From Marsupella aquatica (taxonomy: Eukaryota; Plantae; Marchantiophyta), in assembly GCA_973895155.1 (NCBI GenBank), contig OZ316896.1:22277722-22341721 (forward strand): a stretch of DNA of 64,000 nt, in the 5' to 3' direction. This document shows, one piece after another, positions 1 through 13,580 of the stretch (positions are counted from its first letter, which is position 1; each line of letters begins with the position of its first letter). The notes beneath the pieces are model-generated. The model worked only from the letters and a program-made list of their open reading frames with translations. It searched no databases and was not told where the DNA came from. The position numbers were made by a program, and so were the translations under genes.

Positions 1-355
1 AGACTCGCACTTAACCATAACTGCAACCCTAAGTGCACAACTGGATAACTGCATCACCAATACAAAGGAATCCTAAAATACACGATATAATGTGCAGTTA
101 TACATTTACAAAGGAAACGTAACCAGAAGTGCAAAACCCTAAAAAAAGAGTCATTTTTGCTTACCCCTAATCACAAAAGGCCTTGCAACTTTTGGGCATA
201 ACCTCAACCATCCATTTGCTACCTACTTACTAAGAACCTGCAATAAATCTGTCATAAATGTGCTCCTTCAATTCCTATTACCTATGGCTATTACTACATA
301 AGCCCTAATTACCATCCAAAAGAAGCTTAGTACACTAGTGCCATAGTAACCCTAG

Positions 356-3300
356 ATGGCCAACCTGGAGAAATTGACTTTCTCAGCTTTAGAAATCGAC
401 GGGAACAATTACCTCGAGTGGTCCATGAACCTCAAGGAGAACCTGACCTCTTTAACCCTTCTCCCAACTATAGGGATAGCCCAACCCATACTAGCAGCGA
501 ACCCCAACCAGACCCGTTAACCAAGGCCAATGAATCAAAGGCCCTAGTATTTCTTCGATGCCATATCTATAGGTTCTTGTAGAGACAGTACATGCACCTC
601 TCCACCCCTCGCGAGCTATGGACAACGCTTAAGACCCGATTCGACCACCAGACATTGGTCGAACTACCCAGAGCACGCCAAGAATGGCTAAACTTACAGG
701 TCCAGGACTTTACATCCATCTCAACCTACAATAGTGAGCTATTTAGAATCACCTCAACCCTTGCACTCTATGGCGAGCCAGTCGTAGACAAGGACTTGCT
801 AGAAAAAACCTTGTCCACGTTCCACTTTTCGAACGTGCTACTATCAACCCAGTACCGGAACATGAAGTTTGGACAATACTCAGAGCTCATCGCCACCTCC
901 TAGTAACAGAAAGGAACCAAGAACTTCTTTTAGTTAGCTCTAGGAAACGTCCTGCGGGCACGCTAACCCCAGGACCACAGAGAGAAACCCATCACATAGA
1001 CAACGCTGGACCCTCCACATCAAGGCAGGGTACCAAGGCGGCAAGAATGGTAATAGGAGAAACACCCTCAATAGGGGAAGTTTCTTCAACCAACGCCCGC
1101 AGCGCGAGCACTTAGACGGGCCTTCAGAGGTCTCCCAAATGGGCGCCCACAACAACAGAGTTCCCACAACAACTTCATACGTACGCAGTCGAGGACGCGG
1201 ACGCGGTGGAAGGAGATACCAGAACGACTGCCGAAGCGATCGGCCTCAATCTTGACCACAACGAGAACGACCAAGATGCCATGAATGTGGCATGACCAAC
1301 CATCTGGCCTACAACTGTAGGATTCCACAGTATCTTAGAGACCTATACTAACAGTCTCTAAAGGATGGCCAAACCTCTAGGCCACCACGTACCCCGTGAG
1401 ACCCACGGGGCGTTTATGGAATCCAGAGACTTATTTCAAGATTTTGCAGACACACATGTGCAACCTGAGGCACCCTAAACCCTAAACCCCAGACCTAAAT
1501 AGCCCCAACACATGCATTATTGATAGCGCGACTACTCATACTATCCTTCGGGATAGAACTCTTTTCCACAAGATCACACCTTCAAGTAGATCACTGACCA
1601 CTATCAATGGTCCTAGACAGATAGAAGAGGGCTTCAGCCCAGCTTCTATTAGACTTCCGCAGGGTACAAAAATCCAGATAGAATTAGCTATCTTCGCCCC
1701 GAATGCAACCCGTAATCTCCTAAGTTTTAGGGATATACGAGCAAATGGACTCCATGTCCAGAAAGGCAATACAAAAGACCAGGAAGTAATCCATTTGGTT
1801 GAAAATACCCCTATGGGGAAAATCATTAAAGAGACTCTTTTCTCTACCCATGCGGGTTTTACGTAACTCAAATTGAATGTTTGCATAACAATGCACAACC
1901 AAGCGAATTGCCCGCGCTTGGCATGCACGCCTTGGCCACCCCGGTCAATCCATGCTAAGCAAAATTATTAAGAATTCACGAGGCATTCCAACCAACATAC
2001 GCCACATTCCAGCTAGCACTCCATGCACTGCATGCTCACACGGCAAACTAATAACAAGGCCCACGGCATCAAAATTACCAACCAAGATACCAAAATTCTT
2101 GGACATCATACATGCGGATGTTTGCGGGCCAATTAACCCACAGAGCGGACCATTCCGCTACTTTATGGTACTGATCGATACATCAACCAAATGGTCAAAT
2201 GTGACCCTGCTTTCGATGCGGAACATGGTTATGCCTCGCATCTTGGCGCAAATCTTGCGCGTGAAGGCACAATTCCCGATTACCCCATTAAGACACTAAG
2301 GGTGGATAATGCAAGGGAATTCACATCCGAAACCTTTGACAACTTTTGTACATCACTAGGTATTGATGTACAATATCCCGTACCCCACGTGCATTTCTAG
2401 AATGGATTAGCTGAAGCTGTCATTAAATGCCTTCAATTAATTGCACGCCCACTACTAACACAGTCGAAGCTCCCCGTCTCAGCCTAGGGACATGCCATAT
2501 TACAGGCTAACGCATTAATTCAATACCGCCCATCGGCTTTTAATACTTATAGTCCATACCAAATTGCTAACGGTATCAAACCCGATCTATCCCACCTTCG
2601 TTCATTTTGATGTCAAGTAATGGTTCCCATTACTCCACCCAAACAAACCAAGATGGGACCCCAACGACAGTTGGGGATATACATCGGATTTGACTCACCG
2701 TCCATAATCCGATATATGGAGCCTACAACAGGCGACATTTTTAAAGCCAGATTTTTAGATTGCCATTCTGATGAGCATATTTATCCACCACTCATAACCC
2801 CTGAACACCCACTACCACCTTTGGAGTGGGAGAGACATTTGCCATTTTGGGAAGACCTTAGAACAAATCAGGGGGAGAAAGAAGTTCAGCAAATTTTGCA
2901 ATTCCACAAGATTGTGGAGGAACTTCCCGACGCTTTTGTCGATACATCACAAGTTACACGCTCACACATTCCAGTTGCGAGAGCATCCGCTCGCATCGAA
3001 TTATCAAGTGAGCCAGCAAGTACATCCCAACCTCGTTCCAAACGTGGTAGACCATTGGGATCAAAAGATAAACAACCAAGAAATCGTGGTTCATCTATCC
3101 CTCCTCCACTTGATGTAGATCATATTGACTCTACAACTCATGAAAAGATCTCTATCCACTACGCACACATCGGTGCGATGTGAGATAGAAATACTACCTC
3201 AATAGATGATGCTTTTGCATTAATGGTGGTAACTCATATCAATGACGATACATCTGAACCAATCTTCATCTTAGAATGCCAAAATAGACCAGATTGGCCT

Positions 3301-5037
3301 GAATGGCAAAAAGCTATCAATAGAGAATTAGATTCCCTACTAAGCAAACACACTTTTGACCCAATTGAGCCAACATCGAGAGACGTACACCTCATTGGCT
3401 ACAAGTGGACCTTCGTCCGCAAAAGAAATGATAAAGGCCTGGTTGTACGCTACAAAGCACGTCTGGTAGGGAAAGGATTTACCCAACAACCGGGAATTCA
3501 TTACAATGAAACTTACTCACCGGTTATGGACAGCACAACATTCTGATATCTTATTGGATTTACCATTTTCCACAAACTTAAGATGCAACAACTGAAACTC
3601 AATATGCAACAACAAACTCTATATGGAACTTTAGACACTTGTCTATACATGCGATCACCTCCTGAGTTGGAGGAACGTCATCGAGCTCTAGCTCAAGGCG
3701 CTACATTGCATATTCCATATTTACATAAGATTATCAACCAATCATCTCAAGTTACACTTCATGTGTCATCTACACATGTAACTCATCACAATGACACCCC
3801 TGTGTCAGCCGTATGTCATACTCGCCGCGGACTAGCTATCCGCGTGTTGAAGGTATTATATGGCCTGAAACAAAGTGGTAGAGTATGGCATCAAAGATTC
3901 ACCGATGAGATGATTTCCATGGGGTTTTCCCATGATGTAATTATTCCATGTTTATTTATTAAACATGTGGATGACGAATATGTCATTGTTTCTATTTATG
4001 TCGACGATTTAAACATATTTGGGACACACCAAATTACAGAAGATACTATTACCCGTCTCAAAACAACATTTGAGATGAAAGACCTTGGCCATACAAACTT
4101 TTGCTTAGGCTTACAACTGGAGATCTTACCTACTGGCATGATGCTCCATCAGACAACACAAACTGAAAAGATCCTATTTAAAACAGTTCAATATGAACTT
4201 AGCACACTCATTAACGTCTCCAATGGTGGTACGTTCATTAGAAAACAATACTGATGTTTTTCGCAAGCGCGAAGAACACAAACCACTATTAGGACCGGAA
4301 ACTCCATATCTTTCCGCAATAGGAGCATTAATGTACTTAGCAAACCAGACCTGATCAAATATTGCTTTTGCAGTTAACTTACTAGCTAGGCACAGTGCAA
4401 CTCCCACAGCCAGACACTGGAATAGAGTTAAGCACGTATTTAGGTACCTGCGTGGCACCACTGATACCGGGTTATTTTACCCATTCGGCGCAAACCACAA
4501 ACTCACAGGATATGCGAACATTGGATACCTTTCCGACACTGACACCGCAAAATCCCAAACCATATATGTTTTTACTATAGGGGGTACCGCTTTTTCTTGG
4601 AAAAGCGTGAAACAGACCTTAACAGCAACCTCATCGAATCACTAAGAGATTTTAGCTCTACATAAAGTTAGTCGCGAAGCCGTTTAGTTATGATCTTTTA
4701 TAAATTACATCAATACTAAATGCGGCCTACCAACACCGGGACCAACACTAACGAAGCCTACTAATATCTTTGAGGATAATGCAACATGTATACAACAGAT
4801 CACAAAAGGATTCATCAAAGGTGATCGCATGAAGCACATAGCTCCAAATTTCTTCTACACCCACAAGTTACATGAAACAGAGATCAACATTTTACAGATT
4901 TCTAGTGCAGACAACTGTGCGGATCTCTTCACCAAATCACTATCGCCGGCCGTTTATCACCAACACTGCCAGACAATTGGATTACAGAGCGTGCGCCGCA
5001 TGATGACCGTGGAGGCTGCTGCTCCACATGGCGATTG
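356..5037 (+). mobile_element. Ty1/copia LTR retrotransposon internal region (Bianca-like lineage), gag-pol decayed by stops and frameshifts
   Basis: Gag starts MANLEKLTFSALEIDGNNYLEW (ATG 356) and continues FDHQTLVELPRARQEWLNLQVQDF...LEKTLSTFHFSNVLL. Protease-like CIIDSATTH lies near 1515. Integrase HARLGHPG...IHADVCGPINPQSGPFRYFMVLID...RVDNAREF, RT YKARLVGKGFTQ, LYGLKQSGR, YVDDLNIFG and RNase H KHIAPNFFYTH follow. The order IN-RT-RH is copia-type. Confidence 0.93.
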
Positions 5038-5340
5038 ATACTACTGCTGACATGATACTGAAGACTTATTGTTGAGACAGATGTTGAAGCTAGATTTCCT
5101 ATAGCATCTGATTTTATTTAGTATTGACATTTATTACGACGAGGACTGTTAGGCTGCATTCGTTTTCCTTTAGCACTCAGACTTTTTCTATGCTACACCA
5201 ATAGAGTTTTTATTTAGCTAGAGTTGATAAACGTTTTTTAACGAGGCAGTCTACCTCGCTTGTACTCATATCATGTATACTCTATTAGCATGGTATGATA
5301 GGCCTAGTCTATGTTGTCTATATAGTTATCACTATATAGA

Positions 5341-5470
5341 CAAGGGGGAGTGTTACACTCCACTTGTAGACTCCACCTGTTGACTGGACCAACCGGTCAC
5401 CCGACACACCTATATGTATCATGACATTCCACATTCTATATACGGTGATTATCATTTCTCCATCACAATA
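5341..5470 (+). mobile_element. Polypurine tract and start of the 3' LTR of the copia element (right boundary uncertain)
   Basis: CAAGGGGGAG is followed directly by TGTTA at 5351, about 300 bp after RNase H. No matching 5' LTR was found in the window. Confidence 0.7.
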
Positions 5471-5689
5471 ATGTAATAGAAAAAATCAAACAAAAATAGT
5501 ACAAAAGGCCTAAAAGAGGGGGTGGTCCAAGTTAAAAGTTTTCAAGGAATTAAAAAATGAAAAATACAAAGACAAAAATCATTCTTGATTAGTGATACTT
5601 TATAGTTGGTGTTACTCATTTTTTGAGCCCTTTTTGCTCCAGCCTTTTTCTTAAATAAAAACATCTTGGGTGACACAACATTTGTTTTT

Positions 5690-5830
5690 CTTTATGACAT
5701 CTTTTGTTCTCGACGATTTCTTGGCCGACACGACATCTTCCTTCTTAACGACCTCTTGGCTGACACGACATCTTTCTTTTCAACGACCTCTTGGCCAACA
5801 CGACATGTTATTTCTCAACGACATCTTGGC
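5690..5830. repeat. Short degenerate tandem repeat (about 39 bp, about 3.5 copies)
   Basis: Recurring cgacatctt...caacgacctcttggccgaca units. Confidence 0.6.
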
Positions 5831-6149
5831 CTACACCCAATCTTCTGTGGCTATGGCAAGTGGAAGCGAAACTCAGTCTCCGTATGTTAACACGTTGTCT
5901 GAGTCCAATCCATCCATTCAAGGCACGCGGCCAATGACCACAAGGCTACGACACATTGAGAGTGATGGATACAGCCCTTGCGCAAACTCAATTGGTCAAA
6001 TCCTCTTAAACAACTGCGAATGAAGTTCAAATTGAAGCAACCTATTGGTATTGCTTCATGAAACGCAATTCCCACTCCTTCCTGAGTTCGAGTGGGTTAG
6101 TGTAATTGCGCAGCCTGGTCACTCTGCCCCTCTCCCTCTCCCTCGCATT

Positions 6150-6316
6150 CTCAGTGCTGCTCAAACAGCCACCAGCCTGCCACAGGTTGCACGGTATCGT
6201 CCTTCCCGTCATGATCTCTAGCTCTGACGCCACTGCTGGTAATCTCCATCCCAACGAGGCCAGCTACCATTACGGTGTTGAACTTAGCTCCGTTGTCGTC
6301 CAGTTTGACATTCACC
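6150..6316 (-). pseudogene. 3' remnant of the DUF4419 gene (copy A); most of the coding region is deleted
   Basis: Near-identical to 21445-21601 ([29 protein letters not shown]...QPVAGWWLF). It is joined directly to the upstream repeat sequence of the unit. Confidence 0.85.
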
Positions 6317-9300
6317 CTAAACTATTGCAATGATTGTCCAATGTGAGGTAATTCGGATTGAGGAGAATCACGAAATCAACCGGGTTTTCTGGACTCGATC
6401 TACGGAGCTTCGAAGGCGAGATTTGAAGGCCGCGAGTGCTTCTCTTCAACTACTGCTACAATTGTTGTCGAATGTGAGAAAATTCGGATCCAGGTCTCCT
6501 CCTGTTGAGTTGCAGAATGTTCACTGGAAGAGAGTTCAACCGCTGCTGATCACCGATTCCCGCACCTCCACAATACGTGCCTCAAAATCAGCAAATTGGA
6601 GAAAATTCTGGGAGGACCGGGAGGATCATAGCGACAGTCCACGAACGAGCTGTCACTCGTGCTTGTAGGCTAGCATAATTTGTCAATCGCCTGACGGTAA
6701 TTGCATTGCATATCAAAAAGCAGTGTACTCAGCTAAGTGGCAAGCATCCACAGGTTGAATATTGTTTTCCATACCAATGAGAGTTCTTTTTCATCAACGA
6801 GAGTTATTCTTTACTTCTACTATGATAAATCCAATTGTTCTTTCATATCAATGAGTGTTATTCTTTCTGCGTATCCAGCTGCTCCGTTTTGATGTGCAGT
6901 TACCGCGACCCCAAGCAATCCAGGAGACACGCAAACCAGAAAAGACTACAAAACAATCGATGACTCCAAGGGGGATTGTAGACCATCTCCAATCCATTGG
7001 GAACAACGCCTTGTCTTGACTACGATTGTGGAACAGAATCATTTTGTTGTGCTAAAAATTAGCTACATTCAACCTCTCCAAAACGTTTTCGCCGCTTTTG
7101 GTTAAAATTCGCTAGATTTTCTGTCTCCCATTAGCCAGATTCCCACCAAGCCACCGACCCAATTAGCCAGAATTGAACAATAATCCAACAATAATCCTTA
7201 AGTCGAGGGAGATCTAACAATCATAACATGAATGAGGAAAACAGAGAAGGACCAGTTTCCCACCTAGCCAAAGACCCTCTTAGCCAGAATCGAACAATAA
7301 TCCTTAAATCTAGGGAGATCTAACAATTAACATGAATGAGTAAAAACAGATAAGGAATATTCCTAGCAGTTTCTCCTTCACAGAAAGCTGACATTACCAC
7401 ACTGGCGAGAAGGAAAACCTCAAAGATTGTGTCGTGGAATGCAACATGTGATGTCCAACCCATAGTGTCTGACTCACCCACTAACTAAAATGCAAAAAGT
7501 CATGTCCAGCCCATCGAGATAACAAGTCTATGGAATTTTCAGGGTTCTTTGGTTTTTGGATCTATATTTGGATGACAGATATTTTGACTGTGCGTGGGCT
7601 TCGTTCTGGTGGCGGGGCATAGGACCTATGCCACTCGGAAATCCGTTGTAGGCCACCATTCCTCTTCCTTAGGATTATATCCTTCACACATGTTTCAATA
7701 TCCTCACCTCCAACCATTATCACGCCAATTTCATCTGCCGTCAGTTTATTGTAGCGCCTGGGGTCTGTATCTCGCTCCGCTACAATACATAGCGATACGT
7801 CTGGCACCTCAGTGTCGTCAATGCGGCTCCCTGCATTTTTGAAGACCTTCACATACGGATTGTATGTATGGAGCATGTCTTGCAAGGAAGCCAACACCGC
7901 CTGATCCAATTGTGGCATCCTATTCATCCTGGAACCCAAGAAAAAATCATAAGACACAACTTATTGCAAAGATCATGTAACATCAAAGGAATATAAAATA
8001 AGTTGCACATGTTAATTACCTGTTCCCCAACTCATTCCCTGTGTCATGGATATAGAGTTGAGCAAATTTTGGCCCTGCTCCATCAAGAGGCAAGAGGCTA
8101 CCGGCACGATGATATAATGCTCCTTGGATACGAAAGGAGTATGGGCCACGATTGCCACCCCTTTCGTCAATTTTAACACCTAGGGAGGTAAATGCTAGGG
8201 CATTGTTGTAGCCTTGAATATTCTTCCGGAATGCTATTGCTGCGGCATTGGTACCAATGAGCAAGCCTCGAAGCGGCTAAGGGGGAGCACCAAGCGGGGG
8301 CAATCTCACTTTCCCTTCGGCGCGACACATGGTGAAGCACGGGTTGCGTTGTGTTCCTGACTTGCACTCTTCCATCCAATGAAGCGCTTTACATTGTCGG
8401 CACTTGATGTTCATTTGCCCCAAAAGATGTCGACCCATTGTAGGGTCCAAAGGTTGCCTTGCCTTTGGCAACCGTTGGATCTCTTCCAATCTTTGATGCT
8501 CCCGCAATACGTCATTTGGATTGAGTTGAGCTGGGGTAATTGGTGCCAGGTTTGTGCCTCCCATTTCCTCTGGGAGGTTATGGTCTATCTCGTCATCCTC
8601 ATATTCGTTTGGCAAATCCAAGGTGCCCTGAACAAATGTGTCAAATTGACCTCCTCCGTCATCCAGGATAGGATTTTCCCCCACGTGCAGAGCACCATCA
8701 ATGAGCCAATCTTCATCAAAGTGGTGGCCCTCCCACCACGTGCCCGTTCAAACTCGTTTCTCAGCCTTGAAACAAGTCGAACCTTGCACTAACACGGAAT
8801 GTTGGGGCAAGTTCTCCCCGACTATACTCCTTGTCGTTAGCGACCCCTCCCATACGAAGCCGCACTTGCCCTCGTCAGCACAACCGTCGCTCAACGGTCT
8901 TTGCTATCTGCACAAGCAACCAACCAACCGGTAAGAACTTGTCTTGATCTTGGAACTCCCAAGACCATTGTCTTGCCTCAAGCTCAACAGTCGTTAGTAA
9001 GTAGGTCAGCGGATAGAGCCTCCCAGGCCCGCATGGCCTTGCCATAAGCTGAAACTAAGGTCGACATCACTGTTCGTCCAGAACAGTCTATCTACCGGAT
9101 GTCGCCCAAGCTTCCCCACTTTCTACCCGTCAATGGCTGACCGCCTTGCCTCCAAGACATGCCCATGGCCCAAACTCAGTTTGTCACAAACTAGTAGTAA
9201 CATGCCGGGACCATTCAGTTTCTAGATCTTAGCCACCTCTCTGCGAAACCGGGTTCCGCTCAACCTCTCACCATGCATCAGGACCAGATCTCAATGGCAG

Positions 9301-9869
9301 CCCCCAGAGTCTACTTGGTTCTACCTCTCCAACATCAGGTCTCCGTGGGAACCAAATGCGGTTTGGTCACTGTTCGACTTCGGATCGGCAAGAGAGACTC
9401 CCCCATTGCAAGCCTCAAAACCAAAATCATCCAATGCACAATCAGAGAGCACCATGAGGTAGCTTTCTTCATTAGCTTTCCAACGAGCCCAAGAACTCCC
9501 CCAATGGAGATCCGGTCGTCGAGTTATGTTTGTTTCTGCTTCAAAACTCGAAACGACGTATCTTCGTTGATCGCGATCAGCTCGAACTCAAACTTGAGAG
9601 GACCACTCCCCTCATATATGCTTCTGGGGACCTGCCACCCCCGACCAGCTTTGGTTCCCTATCTTTGGCCCCCTACCCGATGGTCCGTGGGCCCCGCCAC
9701 TTAGCTCGAAACGAAGATAATTGAAAACCTTCTGTAACTTGGCCTCGAGCGCAAATTGTGGCATAAGGGGCTAAAAGTTACGGCCCTAACCCCGCTCTGG
9801 TCCAGGCAACCCCCCTGTCCAGGCAACCCCCTCTTGGTCCATCGATGCGCGGAGACTCTAATCGAGTCT

Positions 9870-10495
9870 AAATCGGCCATAACTTTTGGCCCCTAGGTCC
9901 GTTGGCCAAAACATATGCGGCCCCATGATCGGGCTCATGTGGGGCTTCTCAGGCCCCTATGGTGATCCGTTGGAAAAATAGTTCATTTTTCCATGATCGG
10001 CAACGGGCCCAAACTGCAAGCATGCGGCTTGAGTCGGCCATAACTTTTGGTCCCTGGGTCCGTTGGCCTAGAAATATGCGGCCCCATGATCGGGCTGATG
10101 TGGGGCTTCTTGGGCCCCTATGGTGATCCGTTAGAAAAATAGTTCATTTTTCCATGATCGGTAACGGGCCCAAACTACAAGCATGCGGCTTGAGTCGGCC
10201 ATAACTTTTGGCCCCTGGGTCCGTTGACCGAGAAATATGCGGCCCCATGATCGGGCTCATGTAGGGCTTCTTGGGCCCCTATGGTGATCCGTTGGAAAAA
10301 TAGTTCATTTTTCCATGATCGGCAACGGGCCCAAACTACAAGCATGCGGCTTGAGTCGGCCATAACTTTTGGCCCTTGGGTCCGTTGGCCGAGAAATATG
10401 CGGCCCCATGATCGGGCTCATGTGGGGCTTCTCGGGCCCCTATGGTGATCCGTCAGAAAAATAGTTCATATTTCCGTGATCGGCAATGGGCCCAA
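9870..10495. repeat. 161-bp tandem repeat, about 4 near-identical copies, inside the Helitron
   Basis: gagtcggccataacttttggcccc... recurs at about 9870, 10031, 10192 and 10353. Confidence 0.95.
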
Positions 10496-10635
10496 TAAAG
10501 TTAAGTGGAGCGCGCTTTTCTCAAGTCTTGTCCTTGCTCTTACTAGCCTCCTCTTTGTTAATCGCATCCCTAATGGCCATGATGGTAGCAAATCTAAGAG
10601 GGGCTCAATGCTGGAGTTAGGCAACGCCGGAGCAA

Positions 10636-11415
10636 TTACAAGTAGGTGAAAGTTGTATTCGCGACTATCAAAGATGTTAGGGTCAGATCGTTCATTGTTT
10701 GGTATGGATTCACAGGGTAGGGACGGGGGTAGGGGGGCGACCAAAGAGGCAACCCATCTTCTAAAGCACCATGAATGAGCCAATCCTCATCAAAGACATG
10801 TAGATGTTCTGACACAGTGTTGGTTATGGGCTCACAGGGTGGGGGAATGGCAAATTCCTCTGGAGGCTGGTCAACCCTACATGCGTCCAAGGCACCATGA
10901 ATGAGCCAACCTTCATCGAACATGGGAGGGTCGGATGAACCGCTCATAGGCGTCACTAGATGAATGGAAATAACACTTGGGGCTGCCTCTCGGCTATTAT
11001 TGATAGCAATGGATCTGGCCAATGCTTGTTGAGTAGCCCTTGCTTCACGACGAAGCTCCCTTCCACTATTTGCTCGGCCAGATGCTATAGTTGGTCCTAA
11101 ACTTGCCCCCTCAAGGGAGGTTGTTGGAATTCTCCGCAGTGCCCTTGCTTCGCGGCGCAATTGTCGGCCACTAACAGTAGGGGAAGGTGGCACACTTGAT
11201 TCTGGTATCAAAAGTGCCATACTTGGTGTAATGCTTGCCACCATTACCGGAGGTCCCACACTTGGTGTGGAGCTTGGTTGTGGCACCGCACAAACTTCAG
11301 CCGCCTGTTGCAGACGTTGCTCGGCATATCGCTGGCGACGCCTTGCATTTATGGCTGCCCTATTTTGGGCATGCCACTCGCGATCAACTTCCAATATTTC
11401 GCCTGGTGTTCTCAT
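10636..11415 (-). CDS. Probable 5' coding exon of the Helitron protein (Arg-rich, low complexity, internal repeats)
   Basis: 259-aa ORF with NARRRQRYAE, two G(R/N)xLRREARA repeats and two FDE(G/D)WLIHGAL repeats. A third FDEDWLIDGAL copy at about 8690-8720 is in frame with the RepHel N-terminal ORF. Confidence 0.55.
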   Translation of the reverse strand: MRTPGEILEVDREWHAQNRAAINARRRQRYAEQRLQQAAEVCAVPQPSSTPSVGPPVMVASITPSMALLIPESSVPPSPTVSGRQLRREARALRRIPTTSLEGASLGPTIASGRANSGRELRREARATQQALARSIAINNSREAAPSVISIHLVTPMSGSSDPPMFDEGWLIHGALDACRVDQPPEEFAIPPPCEPITNTVSEHLHVFDEDWLIHGALEDGLPLWSPPYPRPYPVNPYQTMNDLTLTSLIVANTTFTYL

Positions 11416-12049
11416 GGTGCAAAAACTCTCAAAACCCCTTCATCATCTGCATCCAACCCACACAACATATGAGAATTTTGTATGAGCTTACAATGAAGCT
11501 CGACAGACCCCTAAGTAAATACTACGTTGAACGCCAGTTGGGCCACACCTTTGCAAGAGACCCGAGACTGTGAGGAGATCCAATATCTGGCGACGATACT
11601 GCTTACCACAATCCCTCATCTCCCCCTCCCAACCTTGGTGGCGATCATCCTGCTCCCGGGATGTCTCTTGCCCCTATGGTATCCCCTGGTATTCACTATG
11701 CCAAAATGTCACCCATCCCTATGTCCGTCACCCATCCCTGTGTCCATCACCCATGGGTGGTGTCGGTCCATTCCATTCCATTTGTCCAAAAAAAATATGG
11801 GGGGCCCTATAAAAATACTCCATCCCTGTGTGAGGGTTGCCCATTGCCATTGTCGTCACCCATGGGTCGTCACTGCCGAGAGTTCCCATCATTGCCAATA
11901 TGCATCTCATTGCCTTGAAAGCCTTAGTCCCCTTATATATACTTCTGGGGTCCTGCCACCCCCGGACCACATTTGGCATACCAATTTCTGGCCCATAACC
12001 CAAAAAGTACTCGTATTCCCGTAAGCGGAGTGGCACCCGGCAAGGTAGT

Positions 12050-13580
12050 ACTGATGAACTCAAGCGAGTGCTGACCAAGATATGGGGTTCAGGCAAGGGC
12101 CGTGGCCAGTTTGGGCCAGTTGACGCCACGGCTGACCTCAGTCCAGGCACGTCGGCATGGGAGAGCAAGCGCCGTGGCAGGAAAAAGCTGTCGCGGCTGG
12201 CCTTAGTCCAGGCGCGCCGGCGTGGGAGGGCAAGCAAGGGGCTGATAGGGTCGCGGGGGTGGTCCAGGCGCAAGGTGTGGCGGATTGCAATGGGGCAAGG
12301 GCGAGCGGTGGTTGGGGCTGGGGCTGGTCGGGGCTGAGGAGCGTCGCGCGTGGACGGAGGAGGGAGGGCTGGGGCAACAGCTAGCCATGGGCGCAGGGCG
12401 CACGGTGAGCACTGCCGCGCCTGGACTGGCAAGCGAGTCAGCCACAGGAGCGACTGAGGGCCACTGGGGTGCGGCACGGCCAGCGGTCATCGGGGCTGGG
12501 GCTGGTCGGGGCTGGGAGGTGCCATGCCTGGACCAAGGGTGGAGGGCAGGGGGCGAGTGAGGCCTGAGGTAGGCGAGTCAGCCACAGGCAAGCGAGTCAG
12601 GGCCGCGGCAAGGGGGCAGGGGCGATCAGTGGCAGCATGGTCGTCGGGGGCTGCCCTGGCGCGGATGCAATAATGGGGAAATCGGTGGCACCGTGTGGCA
12701 GGGCGTCTGGGCTGGTCGGGGCGGCATTTAGCGTGGGCGCGCCTAGACCAAGGGTGGAGGGCAGGGGAGGATGGGAGAGTCGCGGAGGGGCAAAGGGCGC
12801 CCAGAGGCAGGGTTTAGCGCGGCCGCGCCTGGACCAAGGGCGGTACGGGCGGAGAGGAGAGTCAAGGAGGAGCGGAGGGCAGGGTCGCAACCCATGGGCG
12901 AGGCAACGCTCACCCAGGCGTGGGGGGTGTCAGTGGAGGCATTGCAAGGGCGAGGGGCAGCCTCAGGTCCCCTTGGTCCAGGCGCGCAAGGGGGATGGCA
13001 AGCGGTGGCACAGGGGCGAGCGGGGGTGAGGCGGAGGGAAGACCCTCTGACGCGCCTGGACCGGAGGTGAGTGAGCGGCGGGAAGCCGGCGGCAGAGGCA
13101 GGCGATGACGGCCGCGCCTGGACTGGCAGGGCACGCTCGCTTGGAGTGAGGGGCCTTGGCAGGGCGGGGCAAGCAAGCCAGGTTGAGGGCGAGAACGGCC
13201 GCGCCTGGACTGGCACGGCACGCCTGGACCAAGGGGCCATGGCACGGTTGCAGGGCGCGAGCTACCCAGGCACAGCGAGCGAGGGTGAGCAAGGGAGTGG
13301 CAGCGAGGGAGTGACCTAGGCGCGGCAAGCGAGGGGAGGCAGGGAGGCCGTGAGAGGGGGAGGCAGGGAGGCCGAGCAAGGGCATGGCAGCTCGGGCCCT
13401 AAGAGGCAGCCACACTCCACAGCGAGTGAGGCAGTACCTCGCTTGGTCCAGGCGTGCGTGGGGGTACAGTGGGCAAACCGTCAGCGAGGCCTGCAGGGCG
13501 AGTGGCGACAGCCGCAGCAGGGGCGTACAGGGAAGGGAGGGCCTGGCCGGATGCGATGGCAACGGCTTGGTCGCCACAGT
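12050..13580. repeat. GC-rich island with dispersed GCGCCTGGAC(CAAGG) motifs in both orientations, near the Helitron 5' end
   Basis: Visibly very GC-rich against AT-rich flanks. The motif or its reverse complement occurs at about 12142, 12206, 12261, 12417, 12525, 12739, 12826, 12974, 13052, 13114, 13201, 13221 and 13444. Confidence 0.75.

Noticed and set aside
1473-1490. CCCTAAACCCTAAACCC as a telomeric array
   Set aside because: Only about 2.5 units inside a retrotransposon; at most a telo-box-like motif.
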